A stretch of DNA of 45,988 bases, from positions 1 through 45,988 of the IMG/VR virus record IMGVR_UViG_3300034147_000018; one strand, 5' to 3'. Below the pieces are notes generated by a model. That model was not told the origin of the DNA. It ran no database searches and saw nothing but the letters and a program-made list of their open reading frames with translations. Source of the stretch: a virus (Duplodnaviria; Caudoviricetes). The translations under genes and the position numbers were made by a program. Positions within the stretch are counted from its first letter, which is position 1. Each line of letters begins with the position of its first letter. Below, in pieces: positions 37,385 through 45,942 of this stretch.

Positions 37385-37924
37385 CTAGACGCGATGACCG
37401 AAATCCTGCTTCGGCTGTGCGGGTCTTGCGGGCGGCTGGGCAGGTCGTCGTGAGGGCAGGGAGTTGTCGGCTTCCGGAGGGAAGACCTTCGAGAGAATGG
37501 CCTGATTGAGCGCGCCCTGATCGTCGGGAACCTCTCTCGAAACAGGGCCGAATGGGAAGGTTCGGACTTCTCCCGCGGGGATACCGGCGCTCGGGAACAG
37601 AGCCACGAAGAAGTCGAGAGGGAACACGACGGTCGTCTTTCCAGCACGGATGTCGTCGAGGTTGTCCTGATTCTCCGGATCATCGGGATCATCCTCGAAG
37701 GTCATGATGATGTCCGTGCTCTCCGCCTTGACCTCACCACGCGCCGTCTTGACGTTCATGGTCCCAATGCCGATGAACTGTCTGACGACTGCCTGATACG
37801 TCACACCCGATGGAAACGTAACAGGCACGAGAACTGCCCCGCCCTCTTCGACTGAGGCTTTCTCCACCTTCTCGGCTTTCTCGGCCTTCCCTGCCTTGTC
37901 CGCTTTCTCATCAACTGGTCCCAT
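37385..37924 (-). CDS. Hypothetical protein
   Basis: AGGAGG RBS; KAEKA repeats at the N-terminus. Confidence 0.7.
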   Translation of the reverse strand: MGPVDEKADKAGKAEKAEKVEKASVEEGGAVLVPVTFPSGVTYQAVVRQFIGIGTMNVKTARGEVKAESTDIIMTFEDDPDDPENQDNLDDIRAGKTTVVFPLDFFVALFPSAGIPAGEVRTFPFGPVSREVPDDQGALNQAILSKVFPPEADNSLPSRRPAQPPARPAQPKQDFGHRV

Positions 37925-37933
37925 TTCATCCTC

Positions 37934-38188
37934 CTAACTGACCAACCGAACTGCCACCGCGCGCTCCCCATCAGGAGACTCAGCGATAAGAAAGCTGACC
38001 CGATCCTGAATCGAAAGCTCACGGAAGTTCTTGCCATTCTTGTCCATCGCAGTCCAGTGGAAGAAATAATCCTTCCCATTGTCTCCTGCGATGAACCCGT
38101 AGGATGGCTTCAGCTTCCTGACAGCGCCAGTGATACGAGATGATGCTATGGTCACAGATGACTCGTGAGATACAGACTCGCCGTTCAT
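37934..38188 (-). CDS. Cold-shock domain protein
   Basis: RNP1 YGFI, RNP2 YFFH, VSF...G.RAVAV. Confidence 0.85.
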   Translation of the reverse strand: MNGESVSHESSVTIASSRITGAVRKLKPSYGFIAGDNGKDYFFHWTAMDKNGKNFRELSIQDRVSFLIAESPDGERAVAVRLVS

Positions 38189-38209
38189 GCTCGCTCCTAT
38201 TGACCTAAC

Positions 38210-38404
38210 TTACTGATCTCCGCGACTGAAAAGGTCCTGCCTGTCCTTGTGAATCCGCTCCTTGAGATCGGCAAGATTCCTCAACTCGACAGCAACCTCA
38301 TCAAGCGTCAGATTGTTCCATGACGCGATGTCGTCTGCGAGCTTACGAATCTCGGTAGGAGTCCGTTCTCTGCGCGGGAGATACTGCTCTTGCTGATCCA
38401 TCAC
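38210..38404 (-). CDS. Hypothetical protein
   Basis: AGGAG RBS, coupled to the upstream gene. Confidence 0.55.
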   Translation of the reverse strand: MMDQQEQYLPRRERTPTEIRKLADDIASWNNLTLDEVAVELRNLADLKERIHKDRQDLFSRGDQ

Positions 38405-39204
38405 TTCTCTCCTGACCCAGCATCAAGCGACAGGCCACTACCAATCTTCACAACATCATACACTGTCTCCCTCTGGACCTCAGGCTTCATGATGTGGAAA
38501 TGCACTCCACCTTCATGCGTCTGCTCCTTCGGGCTACAGCGATCAAGGACGACTGCCATGTCCTTCGCTATCTTGGACAGGTTCGTTGCACGCTTTACTC
38601 GACTCAACTTCTCTGGGGAAAGGAAACCGAGAGTCTGCTTCAGTCGGATACCTGCTGCTTCAGCAAGCTCCTCTTTGATAGCATCTACTCTCTTTTTGAG
38701 CGCGGGCTTGGGTGGGTTTCCGTTTGTAATGTCTGCTGTCGAGGAGAGACTGTTCCGGTAGGCTTGCGTCTGAGGCTGAGAGAGATCGAAAAGATTACCT
38801 GCGACCCTGTCTCCGAGGAGAAGCGAAGTCTCTGCTATCGCTACCTGACTCTCCAGCTTCCCCCGATACCTGGGATGGGACCCATTACGAGGCTGAATGA
38901 GAGCATCGAGCGCGGCTATGCAAGGATCATCTGATTTCAGACTCTCCTGCTTAGCCTCATACTCGACATCGCCTTCACCCACTTCCTGCTGTGCTATGTC
39001 GGCAGCATCCAGACCTGGGTCGGCAAGAGCAAAGCGAGGGTCGGAATCAGGATGTGAAACAGACTCCTCGTCCTGCTCAAATACCTCTGGAAACTCATCA
39101 CGCATGGCAGATGGATCTGAACTCACACTCGCAGGGCGAGTCTCACGGAACAAGTTCCTCTTGTCTCGTAGACGGCTATCTGCTTCTGCCTTCGATAAGA
39201 ACAT
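38401..39204 (-). CDS. Putative terminase small subunit
   Basis: first gene of the late operon; HTH-like segment, two helices and a C-terminal beta strand (VHFHIMKP). Confidence 0.45.
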   Translation of the reverse strand: MFLSKAEADSRLRDKRNLFRETRPASVSSDPSAMRDEFPEVFEQDEESVSHPDSDPRFALADPGLDAADIAQQEVGEGDVEYEAKQESLKSDDPCIAALDALIQPRNGSHPRYRGKLESQVAIAETSLLLGDRVAGNLFDLSQPQTQAYRNSLSSTADITNGNPPKPALKKRVDAIKEELAEAAGIRLKQTLGFLSPEKLSRVKRATNLSKIAKDMAVVLDRCSPKEQTHEGGVHFHIMKPEVQRETVYDVVKIGSGLSLDAGSGEK

Positions 39205-39222
39205 GATGTGCGCCCTGCTCTC

Positions 39223-39251
39223 AGGTTAGCATCCATTACCCAAAAAGTCAA
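39223..39251 (-). promoter_or_regulatory. Sigma70-type promoter of the virion operon
   Basis: - strand TTGACT-17 bp-TAACCT with extended TG; shares TTGACTTTTTG...TGCTA with the 1273 promoter. Confidence 0.7.
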
Positions 39252-39609
39252 ATCTTGCCACTTTTCCTAACAAAAACGCGAGTTTTCGCTACTCCTTTCG
39301 CCGGTCAAGTGTTCGCACGGTGAACAGTATTCGGTGTCCCTATCGTTAAGACGCGAAGCGGATTCGGTATCCCGTTTGCCTAGACTGTAGCAGGACGCGA
39401 AGCGGACTATGGGACCCATCTTGAACAGTATGATTTTCCTCGCGTGATGAACCTTTTCATTCCGGTGGGGGTATGGGACCCAAAAAAGTGGGGCATGGGG
39501 GTGTGGCCGTGATGGATGTTGATACTTGACTATGATTGACTCAAATAAAAAAATCCGGGCCTTCAACAATTCTCAGATCATGGGCGCGCGTGGAATGTGA
39601 TGGGATTCG

Positions 39610-39653
39610 TCATTACGTAACATAACGTAATGATTACGTAGACTAACGTAATG
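39610..39653. repeat. Tandem pair of palindromes ATTACGT-N6-ACGTAAT
   Basis: TCATTACGT-AACATA-ACGTAATGA followed by ATTACGT-AGACTA-ACGTAAT. Confidence 0.85.
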
Positions 39654-39663
39654 GTAGGAAGGC

Positions 39664-39699
39664 AAAAAAATACCGGCTGGTTTGCAGTCCCAGCCGGTA
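39664..39699 (-). terminator. Intrinsic terminator
   Basis: TACCGGCTGG / CCAGCCGGTA stem + T7 on the - strand, after the stop at 39722. Confidence 0.85.
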
Positions 39700-39721
39700 G
39701 CGTGTTGAGTCTCGCGCGATC

Positions 39722-40210
39722 TTACAGCGACGCGAGAATCTTGGTGGCGATCGCTTCGGCGTTTTCCACTTCGCGGAACTTCTTTGACGCCGCGATCATG
39801 GCGGGAATCTCGTCGCGAGTCTCGCCCATTGCGAGCAGTCCCTTGACGCTCTCCTTGATTCCCTTTTCCGGGCCACCGAGTTCGTCGATGATTGCCTTCC
39901 GCACTGCCGCGCGCACGTCAAGGTCGCGCCCATAGTTGAAATGGTCGCAAACCCCTTTGGCCTTCTGCTCTTCCGTGCGCGTATCCTTGCCTTCCGCCGG
40001 GCGATCCGTTTGCGGTTCGATCTTGCCATTGCAGAGAATCGCCATTCCACGAGCGGTCATGGCATCGAGTCTGCGATACTTGCCAGTCGCAGCCTTTCCC
40101 GTCGGCGACTGTTTCTCGCCGATATCGACAGTGTCTTCACGCGCAACGATGTCACCAGCGACGATTGCAGCTTCGATTTGATCCGCGTTTGGCGTAGTCA
40201 CTAGAGTCAC
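39722..40210 (-). CDS. Standalone hypothetical protein with its own promoter and terminator
   Basis: ORF 39722..40303; promoter and AAGGA RBS put the start at GTG 40201-40210. Confidence 0.75.
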   Translation of the reverse strand: MTLVTTPNADQIEAAIVAGDIVAREDTVDIGEKQSPTGKAATGKYRRLDAMTARGMAILCNGKIEPQTDRPAEGKDTRTEEQKAKGVCDHFNYGRDLDVRAAVRKAIIDELGGPEKGIKESVKGLLAMGETRDEIPAMIAASKKFREVENAEAIATKILASL

Positions 40211-40253
40211 GATCCTTTGTTCGTTAGTAGCGTAATTGCTAGCTAACAGTATG

Positions 40254-40281
40254 ATCATACGCTTTCTGCTATGGGAGTCAA
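40254..40281 (-). promoter_or_regulatory. Sigma70-type promoter
   Basis: - strand TTGACT-16 bp-TATGAT. Confidence 0.7.
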
Positions 40282-40687
40282 GCGAAAAACGCGCCCATTG
40301 CAAATTATTTTCGTGGCAATTTGTGTCACTTTCCCGACTAGGAAATTACAATTCTGTAATCGACCGGGTCGTTTCGGGCCTTCCGGCACGTTCGTTTCTA
40401 ATGGCACGTGAACAGTTTTAATGGTGCCCTGAACAGTTTTTATTTTGGTGGTCGGTTCCCACTACCTAAGATCCGTTCGTGCCTTATAGGGCAAATCCAG
40501 AACTTGTCGAAAACCGTTCGACCAGCGAACACTTTACCACCCGCGCTCCCTATACGATACTAATAAGCATTTCATCTAGACAAGCTCAGATAGATACAGT
40601 CTACTCTATCTAGACTCTTTTTGATGCCTTGCTACCAATATCTGATATGACACAATAGGACTCAATGGTGCGCGTGCGACACTAGAC

Positions 40688-41144
40688 AAGATTCATGCCT
40701 GAAAAAACACCATAAATCTGGCTTATCCCTGACAAATATCTGGCAGCTTTCCTGAAAGATTCCTGCAAACTTTATAGGCCAGATCATGCGTTTTCCTTAG
40801 TATTTTCGCCTGATCAGCCGTATAGGGTAGGTAGGTCCCGATAGGGTCAGGCCGACATTTCTGTTCGACCGTTCTCGGCCCTTCCCTTGTCTATCCCATA
40901 TTCTTATATATATATATATATATAGATAAGAGAGAGAGCATGAGAGACAGGGACCGACACCGTGTAAGAGTTACATACACCACCTATAGGGGCATAGGGG
41001 TACTACCACCATATATGCTACTTGTAACCGAAAACTGGCTATGTTACACTCCGGTAAGGGTTTACGCCATTGGCACAAACGGAAAACACGCTGGATACCT
41101 GCAAGAGTCCTGTAGGAATTGTGCAGGATACTTGCCAGAATCTT
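40688..41144. other. Putative replication origin: inverted 11-bp repeat arrays around (TA)10
   Basis: five degenerate 11-mers at 40712-40766 and five oppositely oriented at 41090-41144; (TA)10 at 40905-40924; lies at the strand switch. Confidence 0.6.
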
Positions 41145-41504
41145 ATCGTGGAAACGCCAGTTTTACCGGCACGGAAAATGCAAAGCGGGAAGGCCCGGCC
41201 CAGTTTTCAGTCTGGAATCAAATACTCTAGGGAAAGGCAGAGAGTTATTGATTCCAACAAGCACACCATAGACGTCAGAGCGATGCTGACACCTGTGGTC
41301 TACGCGTGGAAGCGTGGAGATGAGTATCTCTACATTGGATTTACATCGTGTCTATATCGCAGATTTGGAGGTCATCACGTAATTGGGAAAAGAGACGAAC
41401 TGAAACCAACAGACCAATTCGACGTCTGGTATTTCAGGAGTCGCAGGGAAGCGCGCGCGTTCGAGCTTAGGATGATTGCACACTACCATCCGAAGTTCAA
41501 TTAG
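41070..41504 (+). CDS. Minimal GIY-YIG nuclease (true start probably near 41283)
   Basis: VVY...YLYIGFT...RRF..H...E...I....PKFN. Confidence 0.75.
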   Translation: MAQTENTLDTCKSPVGIVQDTCQNLIVETPVLPARKMQSGKARPSFQSGIKYSRERQRVIDSNKHTIDVRAMLTPVVYAWKRGDEYLYIGFTSCLYRRFGGHHVIGKRDELKPTDQFDVWYFRSRREARAFELRMIAHYHPKFN

Positions 41505-41534
41505 TAATCCAGTAACAAACAGGGAGAATCAATT

Positions 41535-42371
41535 ATGGCAAACAATGACGAGAGTGACATCCTGAACGGGGCAGATGAGCCTGAACAGGACTTCGAGGCG
41601 TATCTCTCACAGAAGCTCAAGGAGTTTGAATGGAAACCGTCAGAGATACCAACCACAGACCTACCTGCAAACGATGTGGTGGAGTCGTCATCCAGCGTCC
41701 CGAGCCAGCCAAAGGGCGAGAGCGAAACTTCAAGCTCGTCTGGAGATGCACACGATGTGGTAAGCGACGAGCGGCTCCGGGAGATCAACGGGCCGACTGA
41801 GCGCGCTCCGAAGCTGACGCTCCATTCTCATCCACTAGTCGGGCATTACATCACTGAGAGTTCAGAGCCTATCATCTACGACGAGGAGCTGAAAAAGGTC
41901 TACTTCAGCACGTTTGCGGTCATGACGACTGACGCAGACAATGTGATGGTTCTAGACCCAGACGTAGCCCGCCAGCGAGTCGAAACCATCATCGAGCGCA
42001 TCCACGAGCTTTACCGTAGCATCGCAGTCGTGAACATGCAGATCAGCGGGATGCGCTGGTCAATGTCGCATCTTCTCGAACTAGTCAATGCTAATGACCG
42101 GAGTAAGCTCATCGAGCTAGACCGCAAAGAGCGGGCCGCGCGTGGTCGTAAGGTGAAGGCTGTAGGCTCAGGCTCGACAGACGATGCCGCAGGGAAGCGC
42201 GCTAGAATCGGGAAGGCTCCATCCACTACTCGCAAGACTAAGGGTCAGCAGGCTGCCGACACTTGCCACGGTCTTGAGTATGACAAGGAAGCCACTGAGA
42301 GGAAGCTCAAAACTCTCAATCTTCTCGACGAATCAACGCAGGAATACATTGACAAACTGTTCGCCCGGTGA
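41535..42371 (+). CDS. Hypothetical early protein
   Basis: GGGAG RBS, 278 aa. Confidence 0.75.
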   Translation: MANNDESDILNGADEPEQDFEAYLSQKLKEFEWKPSEIPTTDLPANDVVESSSSVPSQPKGESETSSSSGDAHDVVSDERLREINGPTERAPKLTLHSHPLVGHYITESSEPIIYDEELKKVYFSTFAVMTTDADNVMVLDPDVARQRVETIIERIHELYRSIAVVNMQISGMRWSMSHLLELVNANDRSKLIELDRKERAARGRKVKAVGSGSTDDAAGKRARIGKAPSTTRKTKGQQAADTCHGLEYDKEATERKLKTLNLLDESTQEYIDKLFAR

Positions 42372-42396
42372 ACACTTTCCAAATCACGAGGCGAAC

Positions 42397-42666
42397 ATGA
42401 TGGACAATTTCGAGAAGCGTATGTTTGACAAGATGGGATTCGACACCCCTGAGAAGATCGCCGTTCGTCTCAAGGTGCTCGACCTCATCTCCAACGTCAA
42501 TAACGATCACTACTTCACTTCTCTCTGGCATCTGACCGACGCGTATGGTCCCAGAGGCTACATGCCTCCTCAGGGCTACGACTGGTCCGGTTTCAGAGAC
42601 TCATCGTGGTCAGCCATTAACGCTATGAGAGAGATTCTCGTATCGTTCTATGGAGAGCAGGTATGA
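42397..42666 (+). CDS. Hypothetical protein
   Basis: GAGG RBS, ATG 42397 within ORF 42184..42666. Confidence 0.65.
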   Translation: MMDNFEKRMFDKMGFDTPEKIAVRLKVLDLISNVNNDHYFTSLWHLTDAYGPRGYMPPQGYDWSGFRDSSWSAINAMREILVSFYGEQV

Positions 42667-42944
42667 GTAGACGCAAAAAGCTCTACATCGAGTTCAGGCT
42701 GCACTACGACCCGCAGGCCAATCAGGACATCATCCACGAGATTGGTCAGGTCCTACAGGAGCGGATTCACGATCTCGTTGAGGGTGAGTTCGACGAGGAA
42801 TCATCCGGTCCTATTCCTGCCATCAAGGATGTCACCTACGAGGTGGTCAGTGAGTGGTCGGCAGAGGATGACTCAGAGGTTGACTCAGTCGTAGCGGTTA
42901 TGAGGGACCGCGAGTGGAAAGTGAAGGAGTCTGATGGCAACTAG
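42663..42944 (+). CDS. Hypothetical acidic protein
   Basis: ATGA coupling, GGAG RBS. Confidence 0.65.
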   Translation: MSRRKKLYIEFRLHYDPQANQDIIHEIGQVLQERIHDLVEGEFDEESSGPIPAIKDVTYEVVSEWSAEDDSEVDSVVAVMRDREWKVKESDGN

Positions 42945-44589
42945 AACGACGATTCTCAAACTCAAATGCCCCTACTGTGGAAAGGAAGGGCATGAGAAGA
43001 GCCGATACGAGATCGGGAACGACCTCTACATCGCGCTCGAATGTGGTCACACCATCATCAAGGACAAGCTGCTGTCCGAGGATGTGACCATTACGTCAAG
43101 GGACGGGCGCTCACCCTTTCCCTTCCAGATGGAGACTGCCAAGTTTCTTGAGGAAGCAGACTGCAACGGCCTGTGTCTCCACGAGCAGGGACTCGGTAAG
43201 ACTATCATCGAGTGCTTGCTGCTCAGACGTAACCCGCAGCTTCTCCCCGCGCTCATCGTGGTCAAGAGTGGTCTGCGCGCTCAGTGGTTTGCCGAGATTT
43301 ATCGGTGGACTGGGATGCTGGCACAGGTCATCACGCGGAGCACAGATAAGCCTGATTTCGACCTGTTCGACGTTATCATTGTCAGTGTGGATACGCTGAG
43401 ACTTGTCAGACCCGACGTGAAGCCTGAGAATCCCTACGAGGATGCGATGGCCGAGAGGTTCGGGAAGGAGAAGAAGAAGCCGAAGAAGATCATCTGGACC
43501 GACGAGATTTGCGCCAAGTTCAAGCACATCTGCGTCGACGAGTCACAAGCGATCAAGAATCCCGGTTCGAGCAGGACTCAGGCAGTCAGGAAGATTGCAT
43601 CTCTCGCGAATGACGGTCAGAAGGCGCGCGTGATTTGCATGAGTGGGACCAACATCGAGAAGCACGCTGGCGAGTATTTCGTCACGCTGAATCTCGTGAG
43701 GCCGGAGCTGTTCTCGAATCAGTCTGTCTTTCAGATGCAGCATTGTGAAATCAACCCTGAGACGGGGAAGATTGGCGGTCTGAAACGGCCTGAACGGTTC
43801 CGCGAACTGACAAAGGACTTCATCATCAGGTATAAGCGGGAGCAGGTGCTTCCTGATCTTCCGAAGGTCTTTCGTCAGTTCCGACTGGCTGAGATGCCTG
43901 AGGACGAGGTGAAGGCTTACTGTAAGATTGTCAAGGAGTTTATGGACCTGATGGAGGACCCAGAGGTCAATCTATCACAGTCCGACATACTTGGCTATCT
44001 TACACGAATGCGGCACATCACAGGCATCGCAAAGGTAGAGGCTGCTGTCGAGTTCGCTGAGGAGTTTCTGCTTGAGTCAGAGAGGAAGCTGGTTATCTTC
44101 CTTCATCACAAACAGGCCGGAGCTATCCTACAGGCGAAGCTCGAAGGGATTATGAAAGAGGGCGCGTTCAATCCTCCTTTGTATCTCAATGCGGACCTTG
44201 ACCTTGACCAGCGCACGAAGGTCGTAGAGGAGTTCAGGAAGCCTGAGAATCGTATCCTGATAGCCTCGACTCTCGCGGGTGGCGTAGGACTGAACCTTCA
44301 GTTCTGCTCTGACTGTCTGATAATGGAGCGCCAATGGAACCCATCAGCAGAGGAGCAGGCAGAGGGGAGATTCCCACGGCCCGGATCTACGGCTGACAAG
44401 ATCAACGCGCACTATCTCATCGCAGCCGGAACAATCGACGACTTCCTCACTGACATCGTAGAGGTCAAGCGTCGTAACGTATCACAGACTCTCGACGGTG
44501 AGGAGATTGCTTGGGACGAGACATCGCTTATCGGAGAGCTGGTCAAAGTTCTCCAAGCGAAGGGTCTGAGGAAGTGGGGATTCAAGTGA
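42934..44589 (+). CDS. SNF2-family helicase/ATPase with N-terminal Zn finger
   Basis: QGLGKT, DESQ, SGT, GVGLNLQ, WNP..EEQAEGR..RPG. Confidence 0.9.
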   Translation: MATRTTILKLKCPYCGKEGHEKSRYEIGNDLYIALECGHTIIKDKLLSEDVTITSRDGRSPFPFQMETAKFLEEADCNGLCLHEQGLGKTIIECLLLRRNPQLLPALIVVKSGLRAQWFAEIYRWTGMLAQVITRSTDKPDFDLFDVIIVSVDTLRLVRPDVKPENPYEDAMAERFGKEKKKPKKIIWTDEICAKFKHICVDESQAIKNPGSSRTQAVRKIASLANDGQKARVICMSGTNIEKHAGEYFVTLNLVRPELFSNQSVFQMQHCEINPETGKIGGLKRPERFRELTKDFIIRYKREQVLPDLPKVFRQFRLAEMPEDEVKAYCKIVKEFMDLMEDPEVNLSQSDILGYLTRMRHITGIAKVEAAVEFAEEFLLESERKLVIFLHHKQAGAILQAKLEGIMKEGAFNPPLYLNADLDLDQRTKVVEEFRKPENRILIASTLAGGVGLNLQFCSDCLIMERQWNPSAEEQAEGRFPRPGSTADKINAHYLIAAGTIDDFLTDIVEVKRRNVSQTLDGEEIAWDETSLIGELVKVLQAKGLRKWGFK

Positions 44590-44783
44590 TGATGTATTAC
44601 CTGCACATCGATTTGGGAGACGGGACAGTTGAGTATTACTGTAGCCGTGACGTCAATCTTCTGCTCAACATGGTGAAGGATAGACAGGACTGGACGATTG
44701 GTGATAAGCCGACTGAGTTTCCAGCCGCTGACTATCTGGAGTTCGAGATCAAGGCGAGTTCTGATCCCGTAGTGAGTCACTGA
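44589..44783 (+). CDS. Hypothetical protein
   Basis: coupled start at the helicase stop. Confidence 0.55.
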   Translation: MMYYLHIDLGDGTVEYYCSRDVNLLLNMVKDRQDWTIGDKPTEFPAADYLEFEIKASSDPVVSH

Positions 44784-45187
44784 TGAAGGACAGGGACCTT
44801 GAGCTTTTCTTTGACATGGAGAAGCTCAAGGATCTCTCTAAGCATGACCTCAAGTGGAGTGTCTCTAGTGGAAAGCAAAGGAGAGCTATGACCGAGAAGA
44901 AGTTCGAGGACATCAAGGTCGGTGATGTGATTGCCGACATGCACGACGGAGAGGACCAGCTCCGCAAGAGATTCGACATCGTCTTCCATGCCAAGTGGCG
45001 CGAGACTCAGGACGAGGCGCCATTTCACATGGACTTCTACGACTACGTTCATCAGTTCACCACGCATCACCCGACGAACAAGCTGCTCTATGTCATCGGC
45101 AGGGAGTATGGCGAGTTCCTCGTCTGTGCCTACTGCTATGATGGACGGCGGAGTGGTATGATTCTGTTGGCCGACAAGCGAAACTGA
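44783..45187 (+). CDS. Hypothetical protein
   Basis: TGATG coupling. Confidence 0.6.
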   Translation: MKDRDLELFFDMEKLKDLSKHDLKWSVSSGKQRRAMTEKKFEDIKVGDVIADMHDGEDQLRKRFDIVFHAKWRETQDEAPFHMDFYDYVHQFTTHHPTNKLLYVIGREYGEFLVCAYCYDGRRSGMILLADKRN

Positions 45188-45200
45188 GAAGGGAGAGAGT

Positions 45201-45422
45201 ATGGTCAAGAGACACTGTGAGAAGTGCCTGAAGTATCGATGGGCACAGCAGGACTTCAAGGTCTGCGCGCGATGTGCCGACGGGAATCGTCCGAACAGGC
45301 AGCGCGTAGTCGGTGGCTTTCGACGGACGAAGAAGCGTCGCGGTATCATGCTCAAGAGGACAGTCACCCCGACGAAGGGAAAGAAGTCGAAGGGCAAGCG
45401 CGGTCAGAAGGGTGCTGAGTAG
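45201..45422 (+). CDS. Small basic Zn-finger protein
   Basis: CEKC...CARC, Lys/Arg-rich tail, GGGAG RBS. Confidence 0.65.
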   Translation: MVKRHCEKCLKYRWAQQDFKVCARCADGNRPNRQRVVGGFRRTKKRRGIMLKRTVTPTKGKKSKGKRGQKGAE

Positions 45423-45460
45423 TCGTATCCCTAACTCGTATCTCTAACTCAGGAGGATCA

Positions 45461-45688
45461 GTGGCTACTAAGATCAGGTTCACGTTGACATTTCAGAACG
45501 AGCAGGGACAGATTGCGAAGATCATCTCAGGCGAGCCGAGGGAAACCAGCGCGATCACAGTCTCGAACGTCATCGACGAGGCTCTCATTGTTCAGGCCTA
45601 CCTCACCAAGGTCATGGGGATGAGGGCGAACATCGAGACGAGCTACGTTGACGATGACGGGAGCGAGACGAAGAAGGACATTTCGTGA
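45461..45688 (+). CDS. Hypothetical protein
   Basis: AGGAGG RBS. Confidence 0.7.
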   Translation: MATKIRFTLTFQNEQGQIAKIISGEPRETSAITVSNVIDEALIVQAYLTKVMGMRANIETSYVDDDGSETKKDIS

Positions 45689-45942
45689 TTCCACTTCACG
45701 TCCTCGACGGTAAGATCGAGCGCAAGCACAAGCTCATTCGCTCCTATGAGGGGCTGCTTGAGTATTGGCGCGGGCCTCGAATCCGTGGGTCATCTGCTCG
45801 ATTGAATCAGACCGACGAGTTCATCGCTCATCAACTCATGTCCTGCCGGTACGAACTGGACAAGGTGGAGCGTCAACTCGAACAACTGACTGTGCTGAGA
45901 GTGAAGGTCGTCGCCAAGATGCAGGAGGAAGCGGCGCGGTAG
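45685..45942 (+). CDS. Hypothetical coiled-coil protein
   Basis: AAGGA RBS, GTGA overlap. Confidence 0.65.
   Translation: MIPLHVLDGKIERKHKLIRSYEGLLEYWRGPRIRGSSARLNQTDEFIAHQLMSCRYELDKVERQLEQLTVLRVKVVAKMQEEAAR

Noticed and set aside
12021-39204. Numerous + strand ORFs of 60-200 aa opposite the virion genes
   Set aside because: Antisense shadows of long - strand genes, without RBS or recognisable motifs
40940-41230. ORF with an 11-aa repeat (AGYLQESCRNC/AGYLPESYRGN)
   Set aside because: The repeat follows from the 11-bp DNA array (3 x 11 = 33 bp); probably non-coding
45423-45450. 13-bp tandem duplication TCGTATC(C/T)CTAAC
   Set aside because: Only two copies and not seen elsewhere; insufficient evidence of function
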